A DNA stretch of 64,000 bases from an uncultured delta proteobacterium. Lineage in GTDB: Bacteria > Desulfobacterota > Syntrophorhabdia > Syntrophorhabdales > WCHB1-27. Every line of letters begins with the position of its first letter. The stretch's first letter is position 1. Location of the stretch: positions 64,001 through 128,000 of the forward strand of contig CAWEPK010000016.1 in assembly GCA_963810935.1 (NCBI GenBank), written 5' to 3'. Positions 38,692 through 47,888 of this stretch are shown one piece after another. The notes beneath the pieces are model-generated. The model searched no databases and was not told the origin of the DNA. It saw only the letters and a list, made by a program, of their open reading frames with translations. Both the position numbers and the translations under genes were made by a program.

Positions 38692-38848
38692 CGTCGCCCC
38701 CTCCACGAGCAAAGCTCGCCGGGGTACCCGCTTTAGCGGGTCGTCCCCCTCATGAAAAGGAAGAAACGTGTTATCCCTCTGGTTCGGTGGATAGCGTCGC
38801 CCCCTCCACGACAGCCAATTGCGGCGGGCGCGCAAATGCGCAAAATAA

Positions 38849-38879
38849 AGGGACCCTCCGCTTTAGCCGGAGGGTCCCT
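38849..38879. terminator. Hairpin between convergent genes
   Basis: AGGGACCCTCCG...CGGAGGGTCCCT. Confidence 0.65.
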
Positions 38880-38908
38880 CGTTAAAAGGCGACCGAAATG
38901 GTGCGTCT

Positions 38909-39415
38909 TTAGGCTTTGCCTGTGGCCTGTTTCTTCGAGAATGCACTCTTCATTATAGCACTGTTGATGTTGAGCAGTACCCAGAGGATGCACAGTACCA
39001 GGAAGACGCCGGCGAACCGGATAAGGAGCGTGCTCAATATCCAGGTGAAGTTATCGCGCACGATCTTGACCGTGGTTGTCGGACCGCCGGTCTTGGAGAT
39101 GCCTATCGAATGCCAGTTGGCCGCGCCCTGGTCCTCGATATACATCTGGTCCTTCCAGTCGCGGTACTTGGTGAACTCGATATTCATCTGCTGGTCTCTG
39201 TAATCCTTCAGCGCATTTTTGTACCAGGCCAGCACTTTGTCGTACGGCTCGTTGTATTCGATGTAGACCGCCGTGCTCTCCGTCTTGACGATTTTGCCGC
39301 CGGCCATCACGGGTGCCCCCCATGGCGCCGTGCCGGAGGCGAAGCCGTAAGAAGAAGCGGGCAGGAGCGCCGCTGCGAGCACCACGACTGCTATTATTGA
39401 TAGTATGGTCTTCAT
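38909..39415 (-). CDS. OadG/gamma-delta-like membrane subunit with an N-terminal exported domain
   Basis: Signal peptide; C-terminal TM LLIRFAGVFLVLCILW resembles the OadG anchor; RBS GGAGG; directly after the beta subunit gene. Confidence 0.6.
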   Translation of the reverse strand: MKTILSIIAVVVLAAALLPASSYGFASGTAPWGAPVMAGGKIVKTESTAVYIEYNEPYDKVLAWYKNALKDYRDQQMNIEFTKYRDWKDQMYIEDQGAANWHSIGISKTGGPTTTVKIVRDNFTWILSTLLIRFAGVFLVLCILWVLLNINSAIMKSAFSKKQATGKA

Positions 39416-39424
39416 TAGCGCCTC

Positions 39425-40579
39425 CTACTCGAACATGGATATGAGCATGCCCGCCGCCGCAGGAGAGCCGATGGAACCGGCAAGGCAGGCGGCCATGGCG
39501 TGCATAAGCAGGTAATTTTTCTTGTCATACTGCTGGCCTATGACCTGGGACAGCCTCGGCGACATGGGGAGGGCCGAGACGCCGCTGTTTCCGATAAGCG
39601 GATTGATCTTCTCTTTTGCTACCAGGTTGATGACCTTTACGGTCAGAATGCCGCCGGCCGTGCAGACGACGAAGTCGAGGAGACCGAGGAGAAAGACCAT
39701 AATAGGCTTATAAGTCAGGAAGATGTGCGCCTGCATCGAAGCGCCGATGCTGAGGCCCAGGAAGATCGTAACGATGTCCATGAGGGAGTTGGAAGCCGTG
39801 TCGGTAAGCCTCTTCACCACGCCGCTGACCCTCATGAGGTTGCCGAACATGAGCATGCCCATAAGGGGCATGACGGCAGGCACCATCAGGGCGATTATCC
39901 CGCCGCATATGAGAGGGAAGAGAACGAGCTCCGTCCTGGAGCACTTTCTCACGATCTTCATCTTGATGAGCCTTTCCTTGCTGCTCGTCATTGCCCGCAT
40001 GATCGGGGCCTGTATGATAGGTACCATGGACATGTAGGAGTATGCGGCCAGTGCGTTTGCTGAGAGAAGGTGGGGCGCCAGCTTCGCCGTCAGGTAAATC
40101 GTGGTAGGGCCGTCCGCGCCGCCGATGATGCCGACCGAGGCTGCCTCTTTAATGGTGAAGCCGGCCATGATCGTCCCGGTGAAGGTCACAAAGACACCCA
40201 ACTGCGCACCCGCACCGATGAGGAGCATCTTGGGGTTCGAGATGAGCGGCTCGAAGTCCGTCATCGCCCCAAGTCCCAGGAATATGAGACAGGGGATCAC
40301 CTCCCAGATGATGCCGTACTTGTAGAAGAACTGGAGCAGTTGCGGGTGGCCCTCCTGAAACCCGAACAGCGGCGTGTTCGGGAAGTTCACGAGAAATATG
40401 CCGAACCCGATCGGCAGAAGAAGCAACGGCTCAAAGTCCTTGACTATGGCCATATACAGGAAGAAACAGCCGACCGCCCACATAAAGACATATTTCCAGC
40501 CGATTACCGTGAAAAGTGCCGGGAAGCCGGTCGTCTGCATTGTGCCGACGAGCAGGTCCCAAATCTCGTTGAAACTCAT
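39425..40579 (-). CDS. oadB: Na+-translocating decarboxylase beta subunit (OadB/GcdB/MmdB family)
   Basis: EPLLLLPIGFG, GAMTDF, IIGGADGPT, AYSYMS, GMLMFGN, NPLIG..GVSA.P...R. Confidence 0.92.
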   Translation of the reverse strand: MSFNEIWDLLVGTMQTTGFPALFTVIGWKYVFMWAVGCFFLYMAIVKDFEPLLLLPIGFGIFLVNFPNTPLFGFQEGHPQLLQFFYKYGIIWEVIPCLIFLGLGAMTDFEPLISNPKMLLIGAGAQLGVFVTFTGTIMAGFTIKEAASVGIIGGADGPTTIYLTAKLAPHLLSANALAAYSYMSMVPIIQAPIMRAMTSSKERLIKMKIVRKCSRTELVLFPLICGGIIALMVPAVMPLMGMLMFGNLMRVSGVVKRLTDTASNSLMDIVTIFLGLSIGASMQAHIFLTYKPIMVFLLGLLDFVVCTAGGILTVKVINLVAKEKINPLIGNSGVSALPMSPRLSQVIGQQYDKKNYLLMHAMAACLAGSIGSPAAAGMLISMFE

Positions 40580-40696
40580 GACAAGCTCCTCTCAAAATTT
40601 TTTGATTGGCTCTTTAGACCCATGGAAATCCCCAAGAACGGTTATTCCTGTACGAATGCACGAAAAGCCCGCCGGCAACGTCTATACTAATGAAAA

Positions 40697-40746
40697 TTAT
40701 CACAAACTGTGACAAGCATATATAACATTCCGCAAAGATATGTCAA
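40697..40746 (-). promoter_or_regulatory. Putative promoter and operator of the oadB-like gene
   Basis: TTGACA...TGTTATATA on the minus strand, followed by the imperfect palindrome TTGTCACA-GTT-TGTGATAA. Confidence 0.45.
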
Positions 40747-40865
40747 TCGATTTTTTTTGAGGAACGGCGATTTTGCAGGCAGGCTGCCGGCGTAAAAGCG
40801 GCGTGAAAAACGAAAGTTGCCATGCGTCTCGAGCCGTCCCTGCCGGAACGCGCTGTTTTTAAGGT

Positions 40866-40894
40866 TTGCTTTTTTTCGCCAAACTATTTATCAT
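40866..40894 (+). promoter_or_regulatory. Sigma70 promoter predicted to give a leaderless mRNA
   Basis: TTGCTT-17 nt-TATCAT, 7 nt before ATG 40902; no RBS. Confidence 0.55.
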
Positions 40895-40901
40895 AACCGA
40901 G

Positions 40902-41081
40902 ATGCGGCCGTATATTTCGGAGGAGCTTTGCAAGAAATGCGCGGAGTGCGTAGATTCGTGCCCCTACGAGGTCTTTGCGGACGCTGACGGCGAGGTAACG
41001 GTCAAAAATCCCGAGGACTGCATCGAATGCACGGCATGCGTGGAATCCTGCCCCGAACACGCCATCTCGATGGGTGATTGA
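40902..41081 (+). CDS. 2x[4Fe-4S] ferredoxin
   Basis: CKKCAECVDSCP and CIECTACVESCP. Confidence 0.9.
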   Translation: MRPYISEELCKKCAECVDSCPYEVFADADGEVTVKNPEDCIECTACVESCPEHAISMGD

Positions 41082-41615
41082 ATGAGGCGAGTCCTTCTTG
41101 ACGATAAGGCGATAGAGCGGAGCGTCACCAGGATCACCCATGAAATCCTTGAAAAGAACCACGGCTCGAAAGACTTAAGCCTCGTGGGCATCAGGACGAG
41201 AGGCATCTACCTTGCCCACAGGATCAGGCAGAAAATCAAAGAGATCGAGGGAAGGGACCTGCCGGTCGGCGTTCTCGATATAACCATGTACCGGGACGAT
41301 ATCACCAGGCAGAAGGCGACGCTCGCCGTCAAGAAGACGGACATCCCCTTCGACGTTAACAATAAGACCCTTGTCCTCGTCGACGACGTTCTCTACACGG
41401 GACGGACCACGAGGGCGGCGATCGACGCCATTATGGACCTGGGAAGGCCGAAAAAAATACAACTGGCCGTTCTTATCGACCGGGGCTCCAGGGAGCTGCC
41501 TATACAGCCGGATTATACGGGGTTCTCGTGCGGGGCGGCCACGGAAGAAGAGGTCTCGGTGAGGCTTCGCGAAATGGACGGAATGGATGAGGTCCTGCTG
41601 TCGAAAACACCATGA
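41082..41615 (+). CDS. pyrR: Bifunctional pyr regulator / uracil phosphoribosyltransferase
   Basis: [44 protein letters not shown]. Confidence 0.95.
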   Translation: MRRVLLDDKAIERSVTRITHEILEKNHGSKDLSLVGIRTRGIYLAHRIRQKIKEIEGRDLPVGVLDITMYRDDITRQKATLAVKKTDIPFDVNNKTLVLVDDVLYTGRTTRAAIDAIMDLGRPKKIQLAVLIDRGSRELPIQPDYTGFSCGAATEEEVSVRLREMDGMDEVLLSKTP

Positions 41616-42535
41616 GCTGGTCACGTAAAGACCTTCTTGGCATAAGGGAGCTGTCGCGGGAAGAGATACTGCTGCTTCTCGATACGGCCGATTCCTTCCG
41701 TGAGGTTTCGCGACGGGACATCAAAAAAGTCCCGACGCTCCGCGGCAAGACGGTCATTATGCTTTTCTACGAGCCGAGCACCAGGACGCGGGTCTCCTTC
41801 GAGATCGCGGCCAAGCGCCTCTCTGCAGACACCATCAGCATATCGGCGAGCACCAGCAGCGCAGTTAAGGGAGAGACGCTCAAGGACACGGCGAGGAACC
41901 TGGAGTCGATGCGCCCTGACGCGGTCATTATCCGGCACAGCATGGCCGGAGCTGCGCACATGCTCTCCGGCGTCCTCGGCTCCTCGGTCGTCAACGCAGG
42001 CGACGGCGCCCACGAGCACCCCACCCAGGCGCTCCTCGACCTGTTCACGATGAGAGAAAAGAAGGGGACCCTGAACGGCCTGCGGATAGCGATTATCGGC
42101 GACGTCGCCCACAGCCGGGTGGCCCGCTCGAATATATTCGCCCTTAGCAAGTTCGACACGGAAATTACGTGCTGTGCTCCCCCGACCATGATCCCCCCGG
42201 GGCTCGAAGACCTGGGAGTCCGGGTGGAATACCGCATCGAAGAGGCGGTGGCCGGCAGGGACGTGATCATGATGCTCCGCATCCAGAAGGAAAGGGGGGG
42301 CACCTCCTTTATACCCTCCATAAAGGAATATTCATCCCTTTACTGCCTCAGGGAGTCCCACCTGAAAAAGGCGAAGGACGACGTCATCATCATGCACCCG
42401 GGACCGATCAACAGAGGGGTTGAGATCGGCGACACCGTGGCGGACGGCCCTTACTCGGTCATCCTCAACCAGGTGGAGAACGGTGTGGCCGTCAGGATGG
42501 CGGTCCTCTTCCTGCTCAGCGGAGGTGAGGGTTGA
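41612..42535 (+). CDS. pyrB: Aspartate carbamoyltransferase catalytic subunit
   Basis: [48 protein letters not shown]. Confidence 0.97.
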   Translation: MSWSRKDLLGIRELSREEILLLLDTADSFREVSRRDIKKVPTLRGKTVIMLFYEPSTRTRVSFEIAAKRLSADTISISASTSSAVKGETLKDTARNLESMRPDAVIIRHSMAGAAHMLSGVLGSSVVNAGDGAHEHPTQALLDLFTMREKKGTLNGLRIAIIGDVAHSRVARSNIFALSKFDTEITCCAPPTMIPPGLEDLGVRVEYRIEEAVAGRDVIMMLRIQKERGGTSFIPSIKEYSSLYCLRESHLKKAKDDVIIMHPGPINRGVEIGDTVADGPYSVILNQVENGVAVRMAVLFLLSGGEG

Positions 42536-43815
42536 TCCTCGTCAAGAACGGCAGACTGATAGACCCGTCGAGCGGCCGGGACGAAATCGCCGATATCCTG
42601 ATCGAAGGAGAAACGATAAAGCAGATCGGCAGGAATATCTCCGGCGTTAAGGCCGAGCGCGTAATAGATGCGGCCGGCCTTATTGTAGCGCCGGGCCTGA
42701 TCGACGTGCACACGCATTTGCGGGAGCCGGGCTACGAGTGGAAAGAGACGATAGCCACCGGGACGGCCGCGGCTGCGCGGGGCGGTTTTACATCAGTCGT
42801 CTGCATGGCGAACACGGACCCCGTGAATGACAACAAGAGCGTGACCGAGTACATAATGAAAAAGGCCGGCTCGGAAGGCGCAGTCCGCGTCTTCCCCTGC
42901 GGGGCCATGACGAAAGGGCTCAAAGGCGAGGACCTTGCCGAGATGGGGGAGATGCGCGAGGCCGGCATAGTCGCTGTTTCGGACGACGGGAAGTGGGTGG
43001 GGAATTCCCAGCTCTTCCTGAAAGTCCTTGAATACGCGCGCCTCTTTGACCTGCCCGCTATCTGCCATTGTGAGGACACAAGCTTCAGCGGGGTAGTCCA
43101 CGAGGGGCGCGCCTCGCTCCTTTCCGGCCTGGAAGCGGTCCCGCCGGTAGCCGAGGAGATCGCCGCGCGAAGAGACATCGCCGTAGCGCGGTACGTCGGA
43201 GCGCACGTCCACGTCACGCACATCTCGACCGCCGGGACGGTGGAGATCATGCGGGACGAGAAACGGAAGGCAAAGCCTGCGACCTGCGATACGTGTCCCC
43301 ATTATTTTACGCTAACGGACGCCGCCACTTTGGGCTATGACACGAACACGCGGGTAAACCCGCCCCTGCGCTCACAAGCCGATGTAGAGGCAATCAAGGA
43401 GGGGCTCAAGGACGGGTCCATCGATATCATCGCCACCGACCATGCGCCCCACGATTCCGTCTCGAAGGATGTCGAGTTCGCTATTGCCTCCTCGGGGATT
43501 TCGGGGCTTGAGACAGCTTTGGGCCTGAGCCTCTCCCTCGTTCACGAGGGCGTGCTGGACCTGAAGGCCCTCCTTTCCAAGATGACCTCTAATCCGGCCC
43601 GGCTGCTCGGCCTGCCCTACGGCACGCTGGATGCGGGCAAAACGGCCGACCTTATCGTCTTCTCCGATTCGGCGGAATGGACGGTGGACAGGTCGGCATT
43701 CGTCTCGAAAGGCAGGAACACGCCGTTCCACGGTTGGAAGCTGAAGGGCAGAAACCTTATGACTATGGTGGGCGGAAGGGTCGTGTACAGCGACCTGGAG
43801 CGCAAAGGGAACTAA
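42532..43815 (+). CDS. pyrC: Dihydroorotase
   Basis: [36 protein letters not shown]. Confidence 0.96.
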   Translation: MILVKNGRLIDPSSGRDEIADILIEGETIKQIGRNISGVKAERVIDAAGLIVAPGLIDVHTHLREPGYEWKETIATGTAAAARGGFTSVVCMANTDPVNDNKSVTEYIMKKAGSEGAVRVFPCGAMTKGLKGEDLAEMGEMREAGIVAVSDDGKWVGNSQLFLKVLEYARLFDLPAICHCEDTSFSGVVHEGRASLLSGLEAVPPVAEEIAARRDIAVARYVGAHVHVTHISTAGTVEIMRDEKRKAKPATCDTCPHYFTLTDAATLGYDTNTRVNPPLRSQADVEAIKEGLKDGSIDIIATDHAPHDSVSKDVEFAIASSGISGLETALGLSLSLVHEGVLDLKALLSKMTSNPARLLGLPYGTLDAGKTADLIVFSDSAEWTVDRSAFVSKGRNTPFHGWKLKGRNLMTMVGGRVVYSDLERKGN

Positions 43816-43846
43816 AAAGAGGCCGGACAGGCCCCTCCCGCTTCCG

Positions 43847-44227
43847 TTAGCTTATCGGATCATTATCCAGGGGTTTTGTTTCCCTGCCGAAGCCGTGGTC
43901 CCGGTCATACTGGCGACGCCTGGCCCTGTCTATCCTTACGATGCCCATATAAAAGAAGACCAGAGTGAAAACCAGGAAGAACCTGAAGGGTATCCTTTTC
44001 GGCACGAGTTTCGAGTACGTCGACGGGGCCTTACGGTTAGGGTCGATGGGCTCCGGGCCGTCCGTGCGGACATGGGCGCCTCTTTGCAGGTCTATTGCGA
44101 CGCCGCCGTACAGGTTTTGGAAGATGCTCTTATCCTTTGAATAACCCGAAACGAACGGCAGGACCAAAAGCGGTATGCAGATGCCGATGGCAATGCACAG
44201 TAAGCCGGTTTTCTTTTCTGGGTCCAT
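43847..44227 (-). CDS. Hypothetical membrane protein (2 TM)
   Basis: Hydrophobic stretches LLCIAIGICIPLLVLPFV and FFLVFTLVFFYMGIV; start set at MDPEKK. Confidence 0.65.
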   Translation of the reverse strand: MDPEKKTGLLCIAIGICIPLLVLPFVSGYSKDKSIFQNLYGGVAIDLQRGAHVRTDGPEPIDPNRKAPSTYSKLVPKRIPFRFFLVFTLVFFYMGIVRIDRARRRQYDRDHGFGRETKPLDNDPIS

Positions 44228-44399
44228 ACAGACGACCAATATACCACAAGACCGGCCGCGCACGGTAAAAGTTTTCTTCGCCGGTGCCGGGCAAGGGGCC
44301 GGATTCGCTTGAGCCGCAACAGAAAAATTCGTATGGCGCAATACGACCCACTTATGCTATATTTCTCTAAGTTAATTCATTACAAGGAGCATGGTCGTC

Positions 44400-45125
44400 A
44401 TGGATTGGGGCTCGATATGCAACGTATCCTTTACTACGGATTTCTGGTTAGCCCTTGCCAGCATAATCGTCATCAACATCATTCTGTCAGGCGACAACGC
44501 AGTAGTGATCGCACTGGCCGTGCGCTCTCTCAAAGGCAAACAGAGGCTCCAGGGCATCATACTGGGCACCGGCATGGCCGTGGTGCTCCGCATCATTCTC
44601 ACGTTCTTCTGCGCAAAACTCCTTGAGATAAACTTCCTCAAGTTCCTGGGCGGGTGGCTGATTGCCTGGATCGCGGTGAAGCTTTTTATCGAAGGCACAG
44701 GCGACGACGGGAACCACAAAGAAGTCCATACTCTAGGCAAAGCGGTCGTGACTATACTGGTCGCGGACCTCGTCATGAGCACCGACAACGTGCTGGCTGT
44801 GGCCGGCGCCTGCAAGGGCAACGTGGCGTTGCTGCTTATCGGTCTCGGGACCAGCATCCCGCTTGTCGTATTCGCGAGCGATATACTCTCGCGCCTCATG
44901 GACAAGTACCCCATCATCGTCACGATCGGCGCTGCCGTCCTGGGCAGGGTGGCGGGCGACATGATAGTGGGTGACGCCTTCATAGAGAACACCTTTCACC
45001 CGAGCATCTGGACCAGCTATGCCGTGCAGGCCGTATTCACCGTCGGCGTTATAGTAGTCGGAAAGCTTTGGTTGAAGAGGAAGGCGGCGAAGCTCGGGCG
45101 AGACGCGGACTTGAAAATGGAATAG
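44400..45125 (+). CDS. TerC/YjbE-family membrane metal transport protein
   Basis: INIILSGDNAVVIALA, ADLVMSTDNVLAVAGA; RBS AAGGAG. Confidence 0.92.
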   Translation: MDWGSICNVSFTTDFWLALASIIVINIILSGDNAVVIALAVRSLKGKQRLQGIILGTGMAVVLRIILTFFCAKLLEINFLKFLGGWLIAWIAVKLFIEGTGDDGNHKEVHTLGKAVVTILVADLVMSTDNVLAVAGACKGNVALLLIGLGTSIPLVVFASDILSRLMDKYPIIVTIGAAVLGRVAGDMIVGDAFIENTFHPSIWTSYAVQAVFTVGVIVVGKLWLKRKAAKLGRDADLKME

Positions 45126-45212
45126 GGCGCCCTGGGCCTTCGCTCCTGCGGTGAGCCCGTGCCCCGAAAGTCCGTGCGTTGCGCTGCGATGCAGTCCAAA
45201 TACAATGGAGCC

Positions 45213-45241
45213 TTGACAAAAAGCGCTCCCCACGTTATCAT
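45213..45241 (+). promoter_or_regulatory. Sigma70 promoter of secDF
   Basis: TTGACA-17 nt-TATCAT. Confidence 0.7.
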
Positions 45242-45292
45242 TTTTTGGGGTTTTCGCAATACCGGAGTCACTAAAGCAAATGAGGTCTCTAA

Positions 45293-46885
45293 GTGCTTAA
45301 GTCATTGAAGCTCAGGGCCGTTCTCATACTCGTGTTCCTCTTTATATCGGTCGTCTACCTCGTGCCTAACGTGGTAAATCTGGAAGGCGCGTGGAAGAAA
45401 TATTTCCCGTCTGAAAAGATACACTTGGGCCTCGACCTCAAGGGAGGCATGCACCTCCTCCTTTCGCTCGACACGAACCGGCTGCTGGATAATATGCTCG
45501 ACAGGAAGTTCAATCAGTTGAAAGAGGGGATGATCCGCGAAGGCATAAGGTTCATAGCCCTGGACAAACGGGCGGACAGGATCGACGTCGTCATAAAGAC
45601 CGAGCAGCGTGAGAAGCTCTATAACCTGCTGGGAAAAGAGATGCCCGACATAAAGGTGACCGGCAGCAAGACGGAAGGCGACAACCTCTCGATCGACCTT
45701 TCCTATTCGGAAAAAGAAGTGGCCAATTTGAAGGACAACGCCGTACACCAGGCGCTGGAGACGATCAGGAACAGGATCGACCAGTTCGGCGTCTCCGAGC
45801 CGGTCATAGTACAGCAGGGGGAGACCAACATACTCGTTCAGCTCCCCGGCATCAAAGACCCCGAAAGGGCGCTGGAGCTGATAGGCAAGACCGCCCAGCT
45901 CGAGTTCAAGCTCGTTGACGAGGAGAACACGTCGAGGGCCGAGTCGGGTCCCGTCCCCGAAGGCGACGAGCGCCTGATGATGAAATCGAGGAACAAGGAA
46001 ACGGGCGTGACCACTACCACCCCGATACTCCTCAAGAAGCAGACCCTGCTTACCGGCGATATGCTGACCGATGCAAGAGTGAGGATAGGGGGCGAGTTCC
46101 GCAACGAGCCGTACGTCGCCCTCGAGTTCAACAGCGAAGGTTCCAGGATATTCGAGAGGGTCACCGGCGAGAACGTGGGCAAGCGCATAGCGATCATCCT
46201 CGACAACACGGTCTATTCCGCACCGGTTGTCAGGGAGAGGATATCGGGCGGCAAGGCGTCGGTCACCGGCGGCTTCACTCCCGACGAGGCAAAGGACCTG
46301 GCCATAGTCCTCCGGGCGGGTGCGCTGCCGGCCCCCGTCAGCGTGATACAGAACATCACCATCGGGCCGACGCTCGGGCAGGACTCGATCAGGAAAGGCG
46401 TGCAGGCAGCCGCACTGGGCGGCCTCCTCGTCATCGTCTTCATGGTCTATTACTACCGGGCTTCAGGCATAGTGGCCGACATAGCGCTCTTCCTGAACCT
46501 GGTATACCTTCTCGGCGCGTTTACGGCCATGCGGGCCACAATGACCCTGCCGGGCATAGCGGGCATCATCCTTACGATAGGCATGGGCGTCGATACGAAC
46601 GTGCTGATCTTCGAGCGCATACGGGAGGAGCTGCGCCTCGGGAAGACGGTGCGCGCCGCCGTAGACGGCGGTTACTCGAAGGCGTGGGTGACCATCTTCG
46701 ACGCGCATATCACCACCCTGATCACCACGTTCATTCTTTTCATATTCGGCACGGGCCCCATAAAGGGCTTTGCAGTTACCCTCGCCATCGGCATCATCAT
46801 CAATCTTTTCACGGCCGTATTCGGCTCGAAAACCATTTTCGACTGGATACTGGCGAGGTATAAACCGAGGAGCCTGAGCATCTGA
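45293..46885 (+). CDS. secD: Protein translocase subunit SecD
   Basis: LGLDLKGG, IRNRIDQFGVSEP, LRAGALPAP, GMGVDTNVLIFERIREE. Confidence 0.97.
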   Translation: MLKSLKLRAVLILVFLFISVVYLVPNVVNLEGAWKKYFPSEKIHLGLDLKGGMHLLLSLDTNRLLDNMLDRKFNQLKEGMIREGIRFIALDKRADRIDVVIKTEQREKLYNLLGKEMPDIKVTGSKTEGDNLSIDLSYSEKEVANLKDNAVHQALETIRNRIDQFGVSEPVIVQQGETNILVQLPGIKDPERALELIGKTAQLEFKLVDEENTSRAESGPVPEGDERLMMKSRNKETGVTTTTPILLKKQTLLTGDMLTDARVRIGGEFRNEPYVALEFNSEGSRIFERVTGENVGKRIAIILDNTVYSAPVVRERISGGKASVTGGFTPDEAKDLAIVLRAGALPAPVSVIQNITIGPTLGQDSIRKGVQAAALGGLLVIVFMVYYYRASGIVADIALFLNLVYLLGAFTAMRATMTLPGIAGIILTIGMGVDTNVLIFERIREELRLGKTVRAAVDGGYSKAWVTIFDAHITTLITTFILFIFGTGPIKGFAVTLAIGIIINLFTAVFGSKTIFDWILARYKPRSLSI

Positions 46886-47787
46886 TGAAATTTCGAGAGA
46901 TCACGAAAAAGACGAATATAGATTTCATAGGCTTCAGAAACAAGATGTTCATACTTTCGGCTGTTCTGGTCGGCCTGGGCCTGTTCGCGTTCGTCATGAC
47001 AGCAGTCGGCAAAGCGAACCTGAGCGTAGATTTTACGGGTGGGACGGAGCTTCAGATACGGTTCGACCAGCCTACCTCGATCGCGACGTTGCGGAACGCC
47101 CTTGCGAGCGGCGGCGAGGACGTCCAGATACAGGAAGTGGCGGGCAAGAACGACTTCTTCCTGAAAACGAAGCTGATGAACACCGGCACCGAGAAGGTCC
47201 AGGACCGGATATCGGCCATTATCTCGAAGGCCCTCCCCGGCAAGGGTTTCCAGGTGCTCGGCAGCAATATGGTCGGTTCCAGCGTGGGCAAGACCCTGAA
47301 GCAGCACGCCATCATTGCCATAGCCCTCTCCCTCCTCGGGATCGTCATCTATATAGCATGGAGGTTCAATTTCGTTTTCGGCGTCGCCGCGACGATAGCC
47401 ACCTTCCACGACGTGCTGGCCCTCCTCGGCATTTTCTACCTGCTCAATTTCGAGATGAACATCCTCTTCATCACGGCCCTCCTCACGATAGCGGGCTATT
47501 CCCTGACCGACACGGTAGTCGTCTTCGACAGGATCAGGGAGAACATGGCAAAAATGAAGTCGAAATCGGATTTCGGCCACGTCATCAACAATAGCATCAA
47601 TGAGGTATTGAGCAGGACATTGATCACCTCCCTTACTGTCCTGCTGGTCATAGCGGCGCTTCTCTTCCTGGGCGGCCATGTGCTGTTCGATTTCTCGTTT
47701 GCCTTGTTTATCGGTGTGATGGTGGGAACGTATTCGTCCATTTTTGTGGCGAGCCCGTTGATCTATTTGTGGAGGACCAGGAGCTGA
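46885..47787 (+). CDS. secF: Protein translocase subunit SecF
   Basis: VDFTGG, GYSLTDTVVVFDRIREN, GTYSSIFVASP. Confidence 0.97.
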   Translation: MKFREITKKTNIDFIGFRNKMFILSAVLVGLGLFAFVMTAVGKANLSVDFTGGTELQIRFDQPTSIATLRNALASGGEDVQIQEVAGKNDFFLKTKLMNTGTEKVQDRISAIISKALPGKGFQVLGSNMVGSSVGKTLKQHAIIAIALSLLGIVIYIAWRFNFVFGVAATIATFHDVLALLGIFYLLNFEMNILFITALLTIAGYSLTDTVVVFDRIRENMAKMKSKSDFGHVINNSINEVLSRTLITSLTVLLVIAALLFLGGHVLFDFSFALFIGVMVGTYSSIFVASPLIYLWRTRS

Positions 47788-47888
47788 CGTACCCTTCGGT
47801 TACTTCGCGCAGGTTCGTGCCTCCCTTCATCCTTGCCGGGCGGCCCCGCCCGGCCAAGCCGGACGTACCGGCAAGAGACTTTGCCTGA

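Noticed and set aside
44228..44399. yybP-ykoY riboswitch before the TerC gene
   Set aside because: No GGGGAGUA...AGACC consensus visible.
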